DNA of 64,000 nt. Origin: Lingula anatina (Eukaryota; Animalia; Brachiopoda). A program made the translations under genes and the position numbers. Shown here one piece after another: positions 60,496-64,000 of this stretch. Every line of letters begins with the position of its first letter. Within the stretch, counting starts at the first letter, position 1. Under the pieces are notes generated by a model. It was not told where the DNA came from. It saw only the letters and a program-made list of their open reading frames with translations, and made no database searches. Location of the stretch: positions 5,332,001 through 5,396,000 of the forward strand of contig CM120649.1 in the NCBI GenBank assembly GCA_051362555.1. Direction: 5' to 3'.

Positions 60496-63400
60496 TGTCC
60501 TATGCGACTGTTAAGGTCTGTTAACAGTTCAATTCCCCCCTTGTAAACAACACATAAAGACATTGCACTTCACTACATAAACCCCTTAACTCTGCGGTCT
60601 AACTAAAACATGTGACTATATGAAGCTTGCTTACTTAGGCCAATGTAAGAAGTTGAAAAAATCCGTAGAAAACAAATATTCCTGATGTGTTAAATATAAT
60701 TAACTGACTACTCCCCCTTTTGTCGCCAACGACGCAAATGCACGGTGCTGGACGACGCAAATGCACGGTGCTGGTGCTGGACGTTTTTGTAATCGCCGTT
60801 ATCTGGCGTTTGTTTATCTTTAATCTGACAAAATTAGACGTGCAATTTTGGTTTTTGCATCGAGAGTGGACTGAATTAAAATTATCATCTGCATCACGCG
60901 CGCGTGTCTGGCTACGGGTTATGAATTATTCGTCCAAGATACAGAGGCAGTAGATGCAGTAGTACTTGTACGTGCGTTGCTTTGCTCTGTAAGCTTGCGT
61001 TCACATCTACGGTCTTGGTCCTCGTCCTGAGACGTGAATCGAGGTGGAGGGCCGGCCACCTACGGAAAGAACGTCAAAGAGAATATCCGCACGTTTTGCG
61101 TCTTAGTGAGATTATTTACCCTGCAGTTAACGCGCGTCCGGTCACGTGACATTTAATCCACGTCAGGCAACGATCTCTGTGAGTTAATGCTTTGTCAATA
61201 GGAGGTCTAACAGCGTTAATGGCGAGACGCGTGTTAGAGAGATAGTATACCCACGGCACACAGACTAGCTGGGATCGATACGATACGTGTACCACACGGT
61301 AGATCTTTGCAGAGCGGCGCTCGGTGAGTGATAGTGTGTACTATGGTTATTTTAGTTACGTCTTACCTCAGGCAAGCGGCAGCTGCCTGGCAGCGAGAAC
61401 GACCCGTGCCATTTGGCAGTACTCGCAGCACGGCGCACACTTCACTGCAAGCAAGGTATCGCGCCTCACACTGATCTTTAACTAAACAGCGGAACGAGGT
61501 GCAGTACAGCGCATTCCATTCATTGTTAATCGGGAAGTACGCTGCGCCAGTTAGTCCAAGGCGCACGACCCTAGTATAACAGAACGATACGATCAACGAT
61601 AACGCACAGTAGATAGGAAGGTTTATGGTCGGTGAGTTGTGAGTGTCACTGTTGTTGTTCAGGTTACTCGGGCAGTCTCCAGCACTGCGTAAGTGCCTGT
61701 AAAGATACCATCCCGCGCTGCTTGTTGACTGGTGCCCGCTTATCATGGTCCGCTGCAAAACGAAGACAGGAATCGCACTAAGCAAGGGCCGCTCGTGGCA
61801 GCCTGCACGTAGATTAATTTGTTTACCGTGAACGGTTATTCCCCTGTACATTTAGACAGGGTGATGGGTGGAAGGAATCATCGTAATATTTTCACTGTGT
61901 GTGCGGGCCGTTTATGCGACTCGGTGCATTTTATTGTGTGAAATCTACCTCGCTTACAGAGAGACTCCGTTGCCCTGGTATCTTTAGAATATCTCGGAGC
62001 CCTTGTTATGGAGGTTATAGCGTGAATTTAACCTGTGCGGGGAGGATTATTTCGATCTCATGCTAAATTTGCCTATTGCTTTAATCTCCTTTTTTCTGTG
62101 CTTAATTCGATACATCGATGCGCTTTACAAACAGGCAAGTATTGCATAACCAGCATATTTATCAATACGCTGAAAAATATATTTATAAACCCATTTAAAA
62201 AAGTTCCTCGTGTGTATTTATGGATTATTTTGTGGTTAGCAGTCAATGATATGCCCCTTGGGCTGTGCATATTCATGGCATATTTGTACTGAGATCCGGC
62301 TGTGCACTCCAAAGTCTTCCCTCGAGAGCTCAAGAGTAACAAAGGACGCCAGGGGAAACTGATCTATATATTTACACGTCCGACGCGCCGTCTTCGTGTG
62401 TTCCCATTGACGCGGATAAATAAGACGTTAAAGCGGTGCTTTATAAATCTTTTTCAAAGGAGCGCATAGCACGAACGATTCTACCTCACATACAGGGCTC
62501 CATAGGAATTAATTTATTCATGGCATGTATGAATAGTGATTCAGTTAACGTACCCCGGGCCCCCGACGAGCATAAGCGGCATTCTGCGCCGGGGGTATTA
62601 CGGTGTGTTATAGATTTCTTTTCAAAGGAGCGTTTGTCACGGCATTTACATAACGAAGACACGCACACCGTGATAAAAGAACTCGAGCGCGATAATCGAT
62701 AAAGCAGACTGCGGTCGTAGGCCTGCGCACCCGGGTTGCGGTACACGGTAAATTAAGGGCGAATAATTAGACAGGAGATTGCTGGCGTGTGTTCATCACT
62801 TGTGAGCTTGCCAGCGGTTTTATTCTCAAAATATATGAACTCGTGGCTAACATTGTACTGCACATATGTATGTATGTATGTATGTATGTATAGTAGGCAA
62901 GTCTGTGTGGCAAGTTGTATATTTGTCTATGTACGTAGTAAACATCAGACTGAAACACACGTGGAGATAAACGAGGTAAAGTTACAGCTTATAAGAAAGC
63001 GGGAATGTGAAGTGTTTGCTTTGAACTAGCGACTGATAGGCACGACGTGCCGTTGAAAGGGAAAAAAGCGCAAAGAACAAGAAAGCACAAGTGAAGCTTT
63101 ACCTGTACGCAGTAGGGAATTGTTTCGTAAACACTAACATTGTTGTCATTGACGTGTATTTTACACTTTGTCACTACCTATCCAAATCGTCTCCAAGTGT
63201 TAAATGCTAGACAAAAGACCCACGCTCTTGCGTAACTTAACGCGGCCGCCTTGATATCTTTGAAAATAAGCGGCTCTTTCACGAAAGCGCTAGCCTAGGT
63301 CTATTTTAAATGTAAATGTAATACGGGCGTATGTAGAAGACTTACGTTACTCATATTCCATTTATAAGAATTGATCGATCGAGAGTTTCTGACGTACTTT

Positions 63401-64000
63401 GACTGGCGGCGTCGACTTGAATTGCTTCCCGATGGTATTTATACCACTGGTGCGAAACGTTTTGGCACGGTAAGCGCGTGCCAGCGATAGCTTGCTGTTG
63501 TCTTCGGTGCGCTTTTTACCTACGGGGATTTTTATTATTTTTTTTTTTGTGTGTGTGTGTGATATCGCAGTGTAAACGATAAGGCTTCCACCGTCTGCTG
63601 CACTCATTGCAAATGCAGGAAGTCTAGCGGGAGAATTACCGCGTAAGTCGTCTTAATGTGCCGTTGTTATTTTGACATTCTTGAAGAATATGGTGGAGGA
63701 AAAATGCACATGTATACTTATTGATTGGGTTGAAATTTGAATAACGGGTGCATTTCATGGAGAAGAGCGTGTATTCGTTATGAATGCTGGTTTAGTAATT
63801 TTTTTTGTACAAGTGCATTTTTACAATGGCCGTGGCCTTAGAAAATGTTTTGTAACTGCGATACTGAAACCACAATAACAATTTTAAAAAGTTGTTTACA
63901 CAGATGGGGGAAAGGCGTCACGTTCTGGCCCACTTTTCAAAGCCTCACAAACAAGGCAGAAAGAAAATGTCACGGTTATGATGTCAGGCGTCAGAATATC

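Noticed and set aside
60730-60776. 23-bp tandem duplication
   Set aside because: Ordinary slippage duplication with no further structure.

Overview
Eukaryotic, intron-rich and AT-rich DNA from an invertebrate animal, probably a lophotrochozoan or mollusc-like species (inference); not prokaryotic. Most ORFs in the supplied track are spurious. Manual splicing gives (i) a complete 8-exon minus-strand ATP6AP2/(pro)renin receptor gene (16414->4745, 363 aa, all introns GT-AG, about 2.2 kb 3'UTR) and (ii) the first coding exon of a probable UBXN7 gene (776->722) that runs off the left edge. Head-to-head with ATP6AP2 lies a spliced candidate orphan ORF starting at 16789, with an in-frame TGA. From about 21.5 kb to the end is a CpG-rich, largely non-coding domain with many CRE (TGACGTCA) and E-box motifs, a candidate 5'UTR exon, and one convincing but unidentified 182-codon first coding exon (48937-49482) of a large + strand gene. 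Non-autonomous DNA transposons are dense: Ginger1-like (CCGG TSD, TGT..ACA ends), AcademH/MULE-like (9-bp TSD), Kolobok-like (TTAA), Harbinger-like hairpin MITEs (TWA target) and one nested MITE-in-MITE. I found no clear new multi-gene system. The best leads are the orphan divergent ORF, the CRE/E-box regulatory domain with its orphan exon, and the CCGG-targeting MITE family. All coordinates and counts were made by eye.
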